Shown: positions 38,122-53,395, numbered from the stretch's first letter. The stretch is 64,000 nt of DNA from Eledone cirrhosa (GCA_964016885.1 OZ024741.1:200074001-200138000), one strand, 5' to 3'. Notes: generated from the letters alone by a model not told the origin. Numbers and translations: made by a program.

Positions 38122-39410
38122 TGGCCCTCCCCCAACTAACAATAATAACATCCCCCCGCCCCCCTAACCCGCACACACCCACCTGAACATATATAGACGC
38201 ACTCACACTATCCACACACCCTACTACCACCACTAACCATCACCCACACATCCACTGTGACCACCCCACTACCACCACTAACCTCCTCCCGACCCCACGC
38301 ACATGAACACACACCATCACCCACACACAGACCCACACCTATGTACACCACACACCCAACCACCACTAACCCCCACTTACACACCCGCTTTCCACCCTTT
38401 CCCCACCACATGTAATACTAACACCCACTAACATCCCCTTTATCACACACACACTCATCCAAACACGCACACACACACACCAGTACACTACACTCCCTCA
38501 TCTGTCCCCAACACCTCTTCTCTCCCTCTCTCTCCCTCTCCCCGCTCCACCTACACCTCTTCACACACATACATCCCACTAACAACTCTAGTAATATACA
38601 CCTCATCGCCCCACTTCACCACCTTCCCCCTCCACACGCACACCTACCCATCCTCTCCCCTGTCCACCGCACCTCCGCACACACAGACACACACACAGTC
38701 CTCACCACACTGACCTTTCTCCACCTGTCATCCTGCTCTACTGCTATTTCTTCACCCTGCCTTGACCCTCTGACCACTTTTTGTTGCGCGCACACCCTAC
38801 TCCCCTCCACTTCCGACCACCACCAACATTGGATTCTACACCATCGGTCATCTCTCCTACCATCCAATCCATAACATGAAAAATATCCAGCACCTCTTCG
38901 CACACTCGACGGACCCATGACCCATGACCCCTCTCCTTCCACACGCACGCACACACCGACTTACACCCCACCCCACGCACACACCTTTTCCTGAACATGG
39001 AACCTCGTTCTTCCTCCAACTCTCACATTCACATACACACGCACACACGTACACCTACACACATACACAAACACCACCTTCAGCCTTCCCCACTTCGATC
39101 CCCTGCCTCCCTCTCCCAACTCCACCTGCCACTACCCTTAAACGCCTCACACCCTTCCACCACTTGTTCATTTTATTGTTTATTCTTATGTTTATTTTTA
39201 CGTTTATTTTTATTTTTATTTGTTCTCCTTTCCCCTTTTTTCTAAATGTATTTACACCCCTTCCCCACGCACCCTCGGAACTCTCTTCCTAACCTATTTT
39301 CTCCTGAAGAAGGGCTTATGCCCGAAACGTCGTCCTCCCCCCACTCTCAAGAGCGGGAACCTAATAAACATTTATTTGTCTCTGTTTCGTTCCCGTCCTA
39401 ACTTGCACTA
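38122..39410 (+). mobile_element. ORF-less element: ~1.15-kb C/A-rich body, HHR (39301-39335), AATAAA
   Basis: CTGAAGA agggc ttat gccc GAAAC GTC; 3' end shared with 11461-11590. Confidence 0.65.
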
Positions 39411-39419
39411 TATATATGA

Positions 39420-39585
39420 ATTTAAAAGGTAAACAGAAATAACAACACAATCAGTACAGTATATAGCAGGAATATATTAGGTTAACGTTTGAAATAGCAG
39501 GAAGAGGGTATTAACGTTTCGGACACTAGTCCTTCATCAGAAGAAAGAATGAGAAATTAGAAAGATTAAAGGGACGGGCAGTGTG

Positions 39586-39588
<3 letters not shown>
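39420..39588 (-). mobile_element. PLE-type terminal fragment with intact HHR core (39508-39545)
   Basis: Minus strand CTGATGA a-ggac-tagt-gtcc GAAAC GTT. Confidence 0.7.
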
Positions 39589-39640
<52 letters not shown>

Positions 39641-39645
39641 TATAC

Positions 39646-41136
39646 TAGCAGAGGTACCCGGCGTTGTTCGGGTATTAAATAGCAGTTATGTATACCATTT
39701 ATGTCAATACTTCTGTGCTGCTTCGAAAACTATACTTTTACAAAATCATCGGCTTTTTCCAAAAGGGGGTTCCTGCCACCAGGGGTCCCCTACTCAATAT
39801 GTGCCAATTCTAAGAGTTCACATTCATCTGTAGAACAAACGTAGCCCATGTGTCAAGTTTTGTGAAAATCGGTTGCGAACTCCAGAAGTTTTGTTGCATT
39901 GCACTACTTCCAAGAAAGCGGTTAAAGGGGGTTATCTGCCGGGAGGCCCTATAATCAATATCTGTAAAAATGAAAGAGTCCATGACCATCCGGAGTACAT
40001 AAGTAACCTATGTCTTAAGTTTGGTGAAAATGCTGTAGAAATGCATAAGGTTTACCCACACACGCGCGCGCGCATTTGTGTGTGTGTGTATGTATTTGTG
40101 TGTGCGTATGTATATGTATGTGTATGTTCGTCGGCGCATACGTATGTACTGGCCTAAATCTTCACTATTTACTTTTACTATTTTAATAACCTCTGTCATT
40201 TTCGTTTACAATTTTATTTACATCATTCTTAAACTCCGGGGCTGGAAATCATTCGGTTATTTTAAATAGAATATTAGTCTAACGACTCCATTTATACCAT
40301 AAACTTGGTCTTGTCTTTGCATGAAATTGTTCTTCTCGGTCCACATAACGACGTATTATCCTCGCTTTTTTCCGTTCATTGCCAGGGAACGTCTTCACGA
40401 ACCAAAATATCGTCTTCCTGTTTTCCTTCGGTTGCAATGTTTCTCGAAATATTTACTTCTGCGTTCACAGATTGAATTTTCTAGTTTCAGAAGATCTCGT
40501 TAATGTTGAAAGCAGCGATTCTTTCATTAAACTTTAATCTGTTCTTATAACAAATATATGTTATCCATGTGCAACCATGCAGTATTCTTCTCCCCATATT
40601 TTTCACATATATTTACCTAAACTGCGATTCTGTTTTTCTCTCTCTCTCTCTTACTGCTCCCTCGTTCTCTCTGTTTCTCTTACTTTCTTTCGTCCCCTCT
40701 GTCATGTCAGTTAACACTTTCTCTCTACTGACCTCTTCCTCGCACTTCCACTCACTCACTCACTGTTTCTCCTCTTCTCACCCCCCCCCCCCGTTCGCTG
40801 CGAAAACGATTTTCCTTCTTTCTTGCATCGGATTCATCGCGAAAGGTCTATTTCTTACTCGCTCATATATTCACCCAGCTTATACTGATAGAATAACTAT
40901 GTAGCTTGTGTTTCTTCCTATCTTCGGTTAGCTTTCCCCTGTGTTGTTTACTTGTCTCACTCGCTTTACGCGTTTTAATTGTCCTAATAACTTATTTTAG
41001 TTATTATTGCACCAACGTGAGGTATATGATTTTTAATGCAATGAAATACCAATGACCGTTGGCAAATCACTGACGAGGGACTCATTTTATAACATGTTAT
41101 CCATGTGCAACCATGCAGTATTCTTCTCCCCATATT

Positions 41137-41203
<67 letters not shown>

Positions 41204-41399
41204 TGCGTCTTTTGTGTGTGTATGCGGACATAAATATATATAACACACACAGTCATAGTACGTCTTGTGTGAAAGAGAGAAAGAGACGTAAGGTTCATGA
41301 AAGGGGAGAGTTGAACAGTGTGTAAAGAATAAATAAATAAATTAAAGTTAAAGTTCCTCACTCACTTTCTTTCTCAACCCCTCTCTCCCTTTTTTCTCA

Positions 41400-41448
<49 letters not shown>

Positions 41449-41612
41449 TCATACCCCCTCTTTCTCTCTTCCTCTACAGAATGAAGAACAATAAAGAACG
41501 CACAGACCCCCTCTCTCTGTCTTTATATATATATGTGTGTTTGTGTGTGTGTGAACCAGCGTTCGTCGCCATTCTCTCTCTGAATATCTTGTACCTCTCT
41601 CTGTATACTGGC

Positions 41613-41681
<69 letters not shown>

Positions 41682-41711
41682 TCTCGACATCTCCCTTTCT
41701 CTCTTTAGATG

Positions 41712-41804
<93 letters not shown>

Positions 41805-42037
41805 CAATGACGTGTTCGTCAGAATGTCGTTATGCAGACAGCAGACATACAGTCAGATATTATATGGGCTCGACGGAGATCGATAACACCCCTTTAACAA
41901 CAGAAAATTGAAAAATAAAAGCTGCAGTTAGTATCTTTAGACCGCAAGGAATATATAAATGCAAGTTTGAAGTCAATCGGAGTAGAAATGTGGATTTGTA
42001 TAGACTTTGCAAAAATGAGGACACACAGACAACATCA

Positions 42038-42050
<13 letters not shown>
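39646..42050 (-). mobile_element. Non-autonomous Helitron-like element with nested insertions
   Basis: Minus 3' end tacccg-aacaacgc-cgggta..CTAG|T; 5' end TATATAAAActgatgttgtctgtg; repeated aagttt..aatcgg motifs. Confidence 0.55.
40160..40555 (+). mobile_element. Single-arm copy of the 52520-53262 family
   Basis: 40265-40555 aligns to 52970-53260. Confidence 0.7.
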
Positions 42051-42107
<57 letters not shown>

Positions 42108-42168
42108 TAAATATATATAAATATATAAATATAATATATATAAATATATATAAATATATAAATATAAT

Positions 42169-42360
42169 GAAAAGAGACGTCCGTCTGGGAAGAGATATGT
42201 TAGATATGTCTCATATGAAATAATACAGCCAATTTTCCACGCAATACTTTTTGTTAGCACCCCGAACGCATAATTGGGAATATAATCACTTATTTCCTAA
42301 TGTTTGTTGAGTGAGTTGGAATTTGGCCGGAGTATCGCTAAAAAGCTTTCTCCGATATTG

Positions 42361-42412
<52 letters not shown>

Positions 42413-42583
42413 CAATATCGGAGAAAGCTTTTTAGCGATACTCCGGCCAAATTCCAACTCACTCAACAAACATTAGGAAATAAGTGATTATATTCCCAAT
42501 TATGCGTTCGGGGTGCTAACAAAAAGTATTGCGTGGAAAATTGGCTGTATTATTTCATATGAGACATATCTAATATATCTCTT
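42169..42583. repeat. Near-perfect palindrome (arms 42190-42365 / 42408-42583) centred on (AT)n, ~20-nt tail
   Basis: Directly visible reverse complementarity. Confidence 0.9.
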
Positions 42584-42588
42584 ATATT

Positions 42589-42639
<51 letters not shown>

Positions 42640-44574
42640 TTCCCATGATGGTTTTCTTAGCCTGCCACTAAAACATTAACCTGTAACCTCAGAAAAAAAC
42701 CCTAGATAATGTTTTGATGTTGGAGGTTATGACATGAGAGTGTCTGAATTGAGGACAATTGAAAAGGCCACGTGTTTAATGTTTCTGGGCGATGTAAATC
42801 TCATATACATAAGAGATTTCAATCCCAAGGACGGAATCTGTTTTTTTGACTCGGCAAACTACAGTCTGCATCCCGACTCTGCAACAATTATTTTGTTTGG
42901 TCAGCATAGCAATGTAGACACACATATTTGCTAGTCAGAGCTGCTGGAAACAGCACTATCTGAGTTTGCTACCAGACAAGTCAAATTTACTACCAATATA
43001 TCCTACATTGCACACATAACATACTGCAATATATACTTGCATCTTTTCCTTTGCTGCACATGGTTTCAAAGTAAATCATGTTATAAATAAAAAACATGTA
43101 CATTAGCAATGTCTTGTTCATTTGCTAATTCTTATCCATGAGATTTGGGAAAATCATCTTCCCTACAGTAATATTACTTCACATCACAACTCAAACATGG
43201 CAAAACTTCTCTCGATTCACTGAGACATACTTCATTTACTCCCTTGCCATTACTCGAACTCATTCAACTACTTCAACATCTTCATCTAGTGACTCAACAA
43301 ATGAACCAAACAGACAAACAATCTTTTTTTACCCTTGCTAAAAATGTATATACAATTTCTTTATAGAAAGAACACTGGTAAACATGGGCTGTACCAATTA
43401 AAAATAAAACAAGTGGGGCCTATTGCCCGCCATTAAGCCAGTCATATAATATCATCTCGGACATGTACAAGTTTCTAATGGGGGTTCGGGACAAATTGGA
43501 ATTGGAACCTAGTTTTGGAACACACCAGTATTCCAATAGACAATATGAGTGGGGTTTTGATATTTTGTGTAGAAACAATATATCTTAAATTAATCATATA
43601 TCATCTTATCAATAATTTATTGATAAGATGAAGACTTATCATTAGGTTTGCCAATATCTCCCATGATGGCAAATATATATGGTATCCTTTGAGAAATTGG
43701 CTTTAAGAATGACACTTCTTAAGTTAACCATTCGTTGGAGGCCTCGATATGTTCCTCGGGATAAAAAGGATGCGTTCATCAAAATCTCTACAAGAACAAA
43801 GGAAATAGGAGTGTATACAATAACCATCGTGAGATTACTCTTCTATCAATAGTTGGTAAAATCCTATCCAGGCTGATACTCAATAGGATCATTAAATACA
43901 TTTGCCATTTACCCTGAATTGCCATGTGGCACAATCAACATAATCTTTTCTCTTTGTCAGGTTGCTGAGAAGGTCTGGGAGAGGAATCAAGAGCTGTATA
44001 TGATGTTTCATCCTTGCGTGGTTCATAGAGTAAAGTACCTATAAAGTACTGGAGTCAATATAATCAATTTTACCCTTCCACCAAATTACTTGCCTTCTGC
44101 CATGGCTGGAAAGAATTATATTAATGATATTTTCTCATCTCTGAAATTCAGACAAAATTTATCACTTCCTCCCTAAATCTAATTCCTACCCATTCATATT
44201 ACACGTGATAATTAGCATGTCTTTATAGGGACGATGGATTAATAATATATTTTTGGGTCAGCCAAGCAATATGACAACTCCAACTGTTTGTAATTAATTG
44301 TGCTTCACCAGATGATGAATATTATGAGTAATAATTAATCCATCTTTACAGGGATGACAGATTAATTATTACAGATTATATGAGCAAGCATGAATTAGAT
44401 AGAATCAGAAAAGTTTTGATTGATTTTTTTCTGCAACGTGGATTTGAAAATCAGGGTGGATACTAATCTTAAGGTAGTTAATTTTCAATAAAAAATCCCC
44501 AGCAGTTTTATATATATATGTATATAAAAGTGTGTGTTTATGTATGCACACGTACGCACACACACATAGTATAT

Positions 44575-44980
44575 ATATAATTATAAAGTGATATGATAGG
44601 AGGCCAAATATGTTGAATTTCCTTAATTTTTTTATTTCTGCAAACACTATGCATATTTCAGTGGCCAGGGTGCATAAGAAAACAGTGACCTCATCAGGTG
44701 TAAATTGCGTAGTAACGGAATGATGGGTAAACTTTTAGGAAACAAGTAGAGAGGAAAACGTGTGAGTTTATGTTTTTGACTCAGAAACGGATGTAGTAGC
44801 ATACTGCCACATTGCTCCTCCGTCTCTGAGTAATGCATTTACTTCGTTCCCGTAACACCAACATGATTCAACATGGAAGATGGATGAGTTGCATAACGGC
44901 GAGTGCTTTTCTCATATTACATCATGATTAATGTTGCAGAATGACCAATTCTACCTAGTGATACACCACCAAATTTAAAC
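44575..44980 (-). mobile_element. ORF-less HHR element; HHR 44644-44701
   Basis: Minus strand acac CTGATGA ggtca..tggcc act GAAAT ATGC ATA gtgt. Confidence 0.65.
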
Positions 44981-44995
44981 GTGTGTGTGTGTATA

Positions 44996-45081
<86 letters not shown>

Positions 45082-45089
45082 GATATATA

Positions 45090-45461
45090 TATAAATATGT
45101 ACATATGGGTTATATCGAACATTTATAATAATTTTCGATTTGTTTGCAAGCAAATGGCCCGATAAAGCTGTGCCGTGCCATTGACCAATCGTCATACATT
45201 TGTTTAACACTGGCATTGAGGAACAATCAACATGTCTCTGGGTCATTACCCTTCATCAGGACTGTTTACTTCTCTGCCAATCTGTTGAACGGTTGAAAAT
45301 GTATAGTATTTTCTGCAGTATACATTAGTTGAGTAGCCTCATTTGCATACCGAGCGAGTTACGGCTGACCTTTGCGAAAATTAAAAAGAAAATTAGAATT
45401 TTATTTCTGACTCTAGCACAGCTGATACATAAATGTAAGAATGCATTCGTACACACACACG

Positions 45462-45465
<4 letters not shown>
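45090..45465 (-). mobile_element. Diverged monomer of the 3761-4510 family; HHR ~45225-45265
   Basis: Colinear similarity with 4090-4430; CTGATGA agggt aatg accc a GAGAC ATGT. Confidence 0.65.
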
Positions 45466-45519
<54 letters not shown>

Positions 45520-45521
<2 letters not shown>

Positions 45522-46980
45522 GGAAAAAGAACAAAGGAACTTTTATGACATTGTAACAAGTTTATTGCCGACAGCCGTTTCGTCCGACCATATGGTGGGA
45601 CTTTTCAAGGTAATTGTAAGTTCATTATTTTCATCAACGTTTCACTCAAGATTAGCAGTTTGAAATCGTGGTATACATCAACAGCTCAGCTTGTATATTT
45701 GGGGTCTATATTCTAAGGGGGCTCTTTTATATTAGTTGTAGGAGTTGTAAAAGGGATGGGTTATAGGGAATTAAGAGAATTTGAAAAGGGCCTAAAAGTT
45801 AGGGATTGAAGGTTAAAAATTAAAGAATTTATAAGTTACGCATTAAAAGTAAAAGACTTGGGATCTCTTAAAAGCACCTTAAAAAATCCCTCAATAAGCG
45901 CATAAAGCTTATAAGCCTCAATAAACCTAAAAAACCAGAAGAGATTAAGAGAATAAAAAAATAAAATGTTTCCTAAAAAATTCCTTCAAAAAAAATTTTT
46001 TTCTAAGAAATTCCCTTAAAAAATTTAAGAAAATTTACGAAGATTTAATAATCCCTACGAAGGTTCTAAACTCAAAAATTAAAAATTAGGGAAAAAAACT
46101 TTCAATAAGATTTAAGAGGTTAATAAAGTTAATGATTTAGGGAATCCATAATATAAAGATTAAGATTTAAAAATTTAATGAATTTAAGATTAAGCAATCT
46201 TATATATCCAAGATTAAAAATTAAAGATTAAGAGGTTGAACATTAAATTTAATTTTAAAAATTAAGAAATAAATAGTTGAAAGAAATTAATCAATTAAAG
46301 GTTAATTCAAAAAGCCTTCAAAAAATCCGTCAGAAAAGGCCCCTTTAATATTTTTAATAAAAACCTCTTCCGAAAGACCCTTCAAAGAATTAAAATTTTA
46401 GAGAACCTTTAAAAATATATATAAATGAATTGAGGAAAATTACAAATTAAAAATTACGGGATTTGGGAGATCCGATGAATTTCCAAAGGGTTGCTTCAAC
46501 AGATACAACAACTTAGGTATAATAAATAAAGTAATTTAAGTAATCTAATTAAGGAGCAATTCAAAGAGCTTATCAAGTTGGGCTCGAAGATTAAAGAAAA
46601 TGATAAGAAAGAAAATATATAAGCAAAAAGACAATAATTCTAAAATGTATTTTTAAGAAGGTATTAAATAGCTTCAGTAATCTAATAATGTATTATCAAA
46701 AAATTATTAATATAGGATTAACAAAGATATAATAATATATTCCTGCCTAATTAACAAACAATTAATAAACAATTAACAGTCAAGCAAATTTACTCAGAGA
46801 TATCCCACACACGGATACTCTACACACATACAGCAAGATGAACAATATAAGTGACCTTGTAGGTGCGATATCCATTGTGCGCATGCAATCATCTGCATAG
46901 CTCCAGGCACAGTTGGTCTTGTTGAAAAGTTCCGAGTTCACGAATCAACTGGGATTCACTATCAGCTGTGTGCACTCTCT
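45520..46980 (-). mobile_element. ORF-less element with U3-A8 HHR (45564-45614) and compositionally skewed ~1.2-kb body
   Basis: Minus strand attacc TTGAAAA gtcc..ggac GAAAC GGCT GTC ggcaat(aaa); (TA)n flanks. Confidence 0.6.
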
Positions 46981-47037
<57 letters not shown>

Positions 47038-47503
47038 CAGGAAAACGACCCTGCAGGTGGTTTTCTGCTAGCATGTGTAGTGTGCATATTGATATTATAC
47101 GCAAATATATATGCATGTAGATATGATACATCAAATAAAATCGTAATTGACAATAAGCACAGAAATTAAAGGGAGACTGTGTTACACTGTCTTCTGTAAT
47201 CAGTAAAGTAGCCCATGATACATTTAAAAAAAACGATATTATATATAAATTGCATTACGGTGAAATGTAACGAAAACGAAAAAGGAGAAAATTAGCGACG
47301 GAAATATAAACGTTATATAACGTTATATAAGCGATATGTGATATAGCGCCCGTTATATCATAACCGGAAGTGTTGACAATTGAAAATTTTAAAAGAATTG
47401 AATCTTAAAATAAGCAATCATTTTATATATTATTTATGTTTAATCAACAGCTACGAAATTTAGTACATACATTATGCAATATTCATTCATTATTTATTCA
47501 AAG

Positions 47504-47536
47504 GGCGGTGGATTGGCAGTATCAAAAGTAGAAGCA
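47504..47536 (+). mobile_element. Internally deleted mini-SINE with 15-bp TSD
   Basis: TSD attatttattcaaag at 47489-47503 and 47537-47551. Confidence 0.7.
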
Positions 47537-47635
47537 ATTATTTATTCAAAGTAATCCAACTTATTTTACTAACGGGATAAAAAAACATATTCAGGACACA
47601 GTCCGACATTCATTCCTTTATTATATTATGATATT

Positions 47636-47821
47636 AAGGCGGTGGATTGGCAGTATCGGTAGAGGGTCGGACGCCATGCTTTCCAGCATAGTTACGTCCC
47701 TTTACGATCTGAGTTCAAATCCCGCCGAGGTTGACTTTGCCTTTCATCCTTACGGGGTCGATAAAATAAAGTACCAGTAAAGCACTGGGTAATTGCTGGC
47801 CTTGTGCCTAAAGTAGAAACA
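47636..47821 (+). mobile_element. Full-length tRNA-derived SINE with 16-bp TSD
   Basis: TGGCAGTATCGG A-box-like motif, GAGTTCAAATCC B-box; TSD attatattatgatatt at 47620-47635 and 47822-47837. Confidence 0.9.
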
Positions 47822-48076
47822 ATTATATTATGATATTCGATTCGTTTGCAAGCAAACGGCCCGATAATGCTGGACCGTGCCGATGACCAATCGTAAGATG
47901 ACCAATGTTCTATAATGTGGGTCATAACGTAGACAGGAAGTTCATGTCTGATTAGGGACATACGCATCGACTTACGTATAGTTAAACGACTAACCTTTAA
48001 CATGTATATACGCGCGTGTTTGAATGCTTGCACGTGTTGTGTAAGGCTGTTTACATATATGTCTATATATATATAT

Positions 48077-50390
<2,314 letters not shown>

Positions 50391-50949
50391 GTGTGTGTCT
50401 GTGTGTGTGTGTGTCTGCCCCCAGGCACGGTTATCGTGACCTTTAGATAACAGATCTATAGAATTAGCGTCAGTCCTGGCAGCAAATTGTCCTAGAATAG
50501 TACAAGTTGACGGAATGGGAAACATATCTATCAACAAAGTGACAATTCATTTCTTAGTTATCTGGAAAAAAACAGGAACAACCAGCCAATTCATCAACGC
50601 ACACACGCACTTGATGAGATAACGAGAGATGTTATTGTGACAAGGTTGACTAAATTGAGGAATATGGATATTATTTAAATAAGCTAATCCTAGACTTTCT
50701 TAATAATCCATATTTAAAAAAAAACGAAACTTTGCACAGCTATATTTTAAAAGAAAACGTTGTAGATAACATTTGCGTCGATGAAATAAATGCGTTTAGC
50801 ACGAAGAAAAGATCACGGGTATACATATTGAACCTACTATTAAAGTTATATCTTGTGGAATTTATTAACTATAACTACGCTAGTACTTAAGTTACTTTGA
50901 ATTACCTTTAGGAGTATAGATATGATTTACTTAAGATATCCACGATTCG

Positions 50950-51900
50950 TGGTACTACTAAGTTTGTAGCAGTGATTATATTTCATAGATTTATAGTGGA
51001 ATAGATGGTGTTGTTGTCGCGGATATCCCAATATGGCTAGATAGTGTTGTAGCATTTCTCCGGATCGGATTTCTAAATGTATATTGGTGTTGGTAAAGCT
51101 TTGTCTTGAATTCGCAGGTGGTTAATCCGATGTAGGCTTTGTTAGAATGTTTCGTCATGACCTTGCACATGTAAACGATGTTACGTTGCCGGCATTTGCT
51201 GTTTATGCAATTACATTGCTTGGATACCTCCTCACTGAGGTCAGAATGGTGTCTCTTAGAATTGGGTTTGGGAGTGTTTGAGGACGCGATGATTTGTGCG
51301 AAGTTGGGTGGGGTTCCGTAAGAAACTTTGATTGTGTTTTTGTTGAAGATGTAGTAGCGATGGTGTGGTGGGAAGTGTTTATTGAGAAGTTTCAAGAAAA
51401 TCTTCCCAATTGTTGCGGTGACTTCAGCATTGTGAGGAGGATTAAATCAAGTTATGTTGCGTAAGCGGTGACCCCCACCTGCTAATTCTAATAATATTGC
51501 TTGGGTAATAGGTAAGTTCTTTCTTAAATCCACTTTTTTAAGGGCCTGGTTGTAATACGGCACATGTTCCTTGAATATTTGCTCATTAGCAGACAAGTGT
51601 GATATACTGGGTGAAGACATTCTTTACCAAATTTTTAGTTATATTCCGTGGGTGGTTTGAGTATCGTGGATGTAATGTAAGTTTTCGTTTGTTTTCCGGA
51701 AGGGGTAGTGCAGTTGGTACTCCAAGTTTAGAGTAACGTCTTAGAAGTTAGTACAGGTGAGGAACGTCTGTAAAGTAACCTTAAATCTTCTTTCCCAGAA
51801 GAAGTTGATGAGGTGTTTGCGAACCCGGTCTGTACTACTGAGGTTGTATCCGGTGAGAGTTACAAGCCCCATCATCTCTGATACACACAGGAGAAAATGT
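50950..51900 (-). mobile_element. Degenerate PLE (RT thumb + GIY-YIG)
   Basis: KHFPPHH..IFNKNTIKVSY..CNC..NIVYMC..AYIGLT..TTLSSHI. Confidence 0.8.
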
Positions 51901-52519
51901 CACATTTTTTCCCCTGTGTTGTTTACTGAAAAATACCCACTAAAGATCCATGTTCAGTTCCGGGTGTTAAACTAACTGTTGGAATATACAAGTTTTTACG
52001 TAACTATTTACGTAACTATTACTAACTATTACCGGCTTTTGGTGAAACTGGCACTCGTCTGGATAATTATCGACTTATTCTTTGGTCTGTTTACCGACTG
52101 ACCCGGTTATCAATTGTTTAATTTTATTTTTATTAATTTTTCTTGATGACTCTAATTAATTTGTGGGATATATCAATAATTTAAATGTCGTTACTGGATG
52201 ACTTCATAATCGTTAAGTCGGTGATCGTATTGAACTATTGTTGATTACCCCGGGACTTTTTTTCAATTTTTGACACTTCACTACCGAAATCCGTAGAGAT
52301 ATTTCTGCATCTGTTTAACCTCAGGTAGCATTGAGTACTACAGTGACTGGTACGTGTTGCAGCACCATACATTGCATTAAGCACTTTGTGGTATCGTGAT
52401 TTCGTCAACTTATTAATATATATATATATAAATATTATATAAGGGCGGTGCCCCAGCATGGCCTCAGCTGGATGGCTGGAACAGGTAAAAGAGTAAATAT
52501 ATATATATATAGTAATAAT

Positions 52520-53262
52520 AATAAATTTGAAGACTAAAATCCAAAGTGGGCTCGATAAGGATAAATATATATCAAATATATAAGAACCGTAGAGCAAATA
52601 TTTATTAAAATAACAGATTAAAGTTTAAGCAAAGAATCGCTGCTTTCACCCTTAATGGGATCTTCTGAAACTAACAAAGTCAATCTGTGAACGCAGAAGT
52701 GAATATTTCAAAAAACGTTGCAACCGCAGGAAGACAGGAAGACGATACTTTGGATCGTGAAGACGTTCCCTGGCAAAGAACGGGAACAAACGAATATAAT
52801 ACGTCATTAATAGGAGCGGTGAAAAACAATTACACGCAAAAACAAAACCACGTTTATGGTATAAAAGAAGTCGTAGACTAATATTCTATTAGGTGGTTCA
52901 TAGAGACGTTCTCTGGCAATGAACGGAAAATGAACGTTCATTGCCAGAGAACGTCTCTATGAACCACCTAATAGAATATTATTCTACGACTTCTTTTATA
53001 CCATAAAGGTGGTTTTGTTTTTGCGTGTAATTGTTCTCACCGCTCCAAATAATGACGTATTATATTCGTTTTTTCCCGTTCCTTGCGAGGGAACGTTTCC
53101 ACGAACTAAAGTATCCTCTTCCTGTCTTCCTCAGGTTGCAACGTTTTTTGAAATATTCACTTCTGCGTTCACAGATTGACTTTGTTAGTTTCAGAAGATC
53201 CCGTTAAGGATGAAAGCAGCGATTCTTTGCTTAAACTTTAATCTGTTATTTTAATAAATATA
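52520..53262 (+). mobile_element. Hairpin element (arms 52598-52925 / 52935-53262, tail on left)
   Basis: Diverged inverted arms, 9-nt loop. Confidence 0.8.
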
Positions 53263-53279
53263 TATATATATTTATATAA

Positions 53280-53395
<116 letters not shown>

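Larger units (their letters stand above)
8000..43787 (-). pseudogene. Decayed multi-exon gene, probably NXPE (neurexophilin/PC-esterase) family; exon remnants ~43640-43787, 43395-43508, 42681-42930, 23904-24007, 14561-14699, 12480-12634, 8000-8096
   Basis: AG/GT-bounded segments, two phase-consistent junctions, NXPE-like peptides (KLVHVRDDII*LA*WRAIGPT; NLLCI*DLHRPETLNTW..LSC; LLNQWEYLE); in-frame stops throughout. Confidence 0.4.

Noticed and set aside
47636-47730. tRNA gene (also 7900-7975, 8420-8490, 19330-19420)
   Set aside because: A/B boxes belong to SINE heads with body and, in two cases, a TSD; no complete cloverleaf
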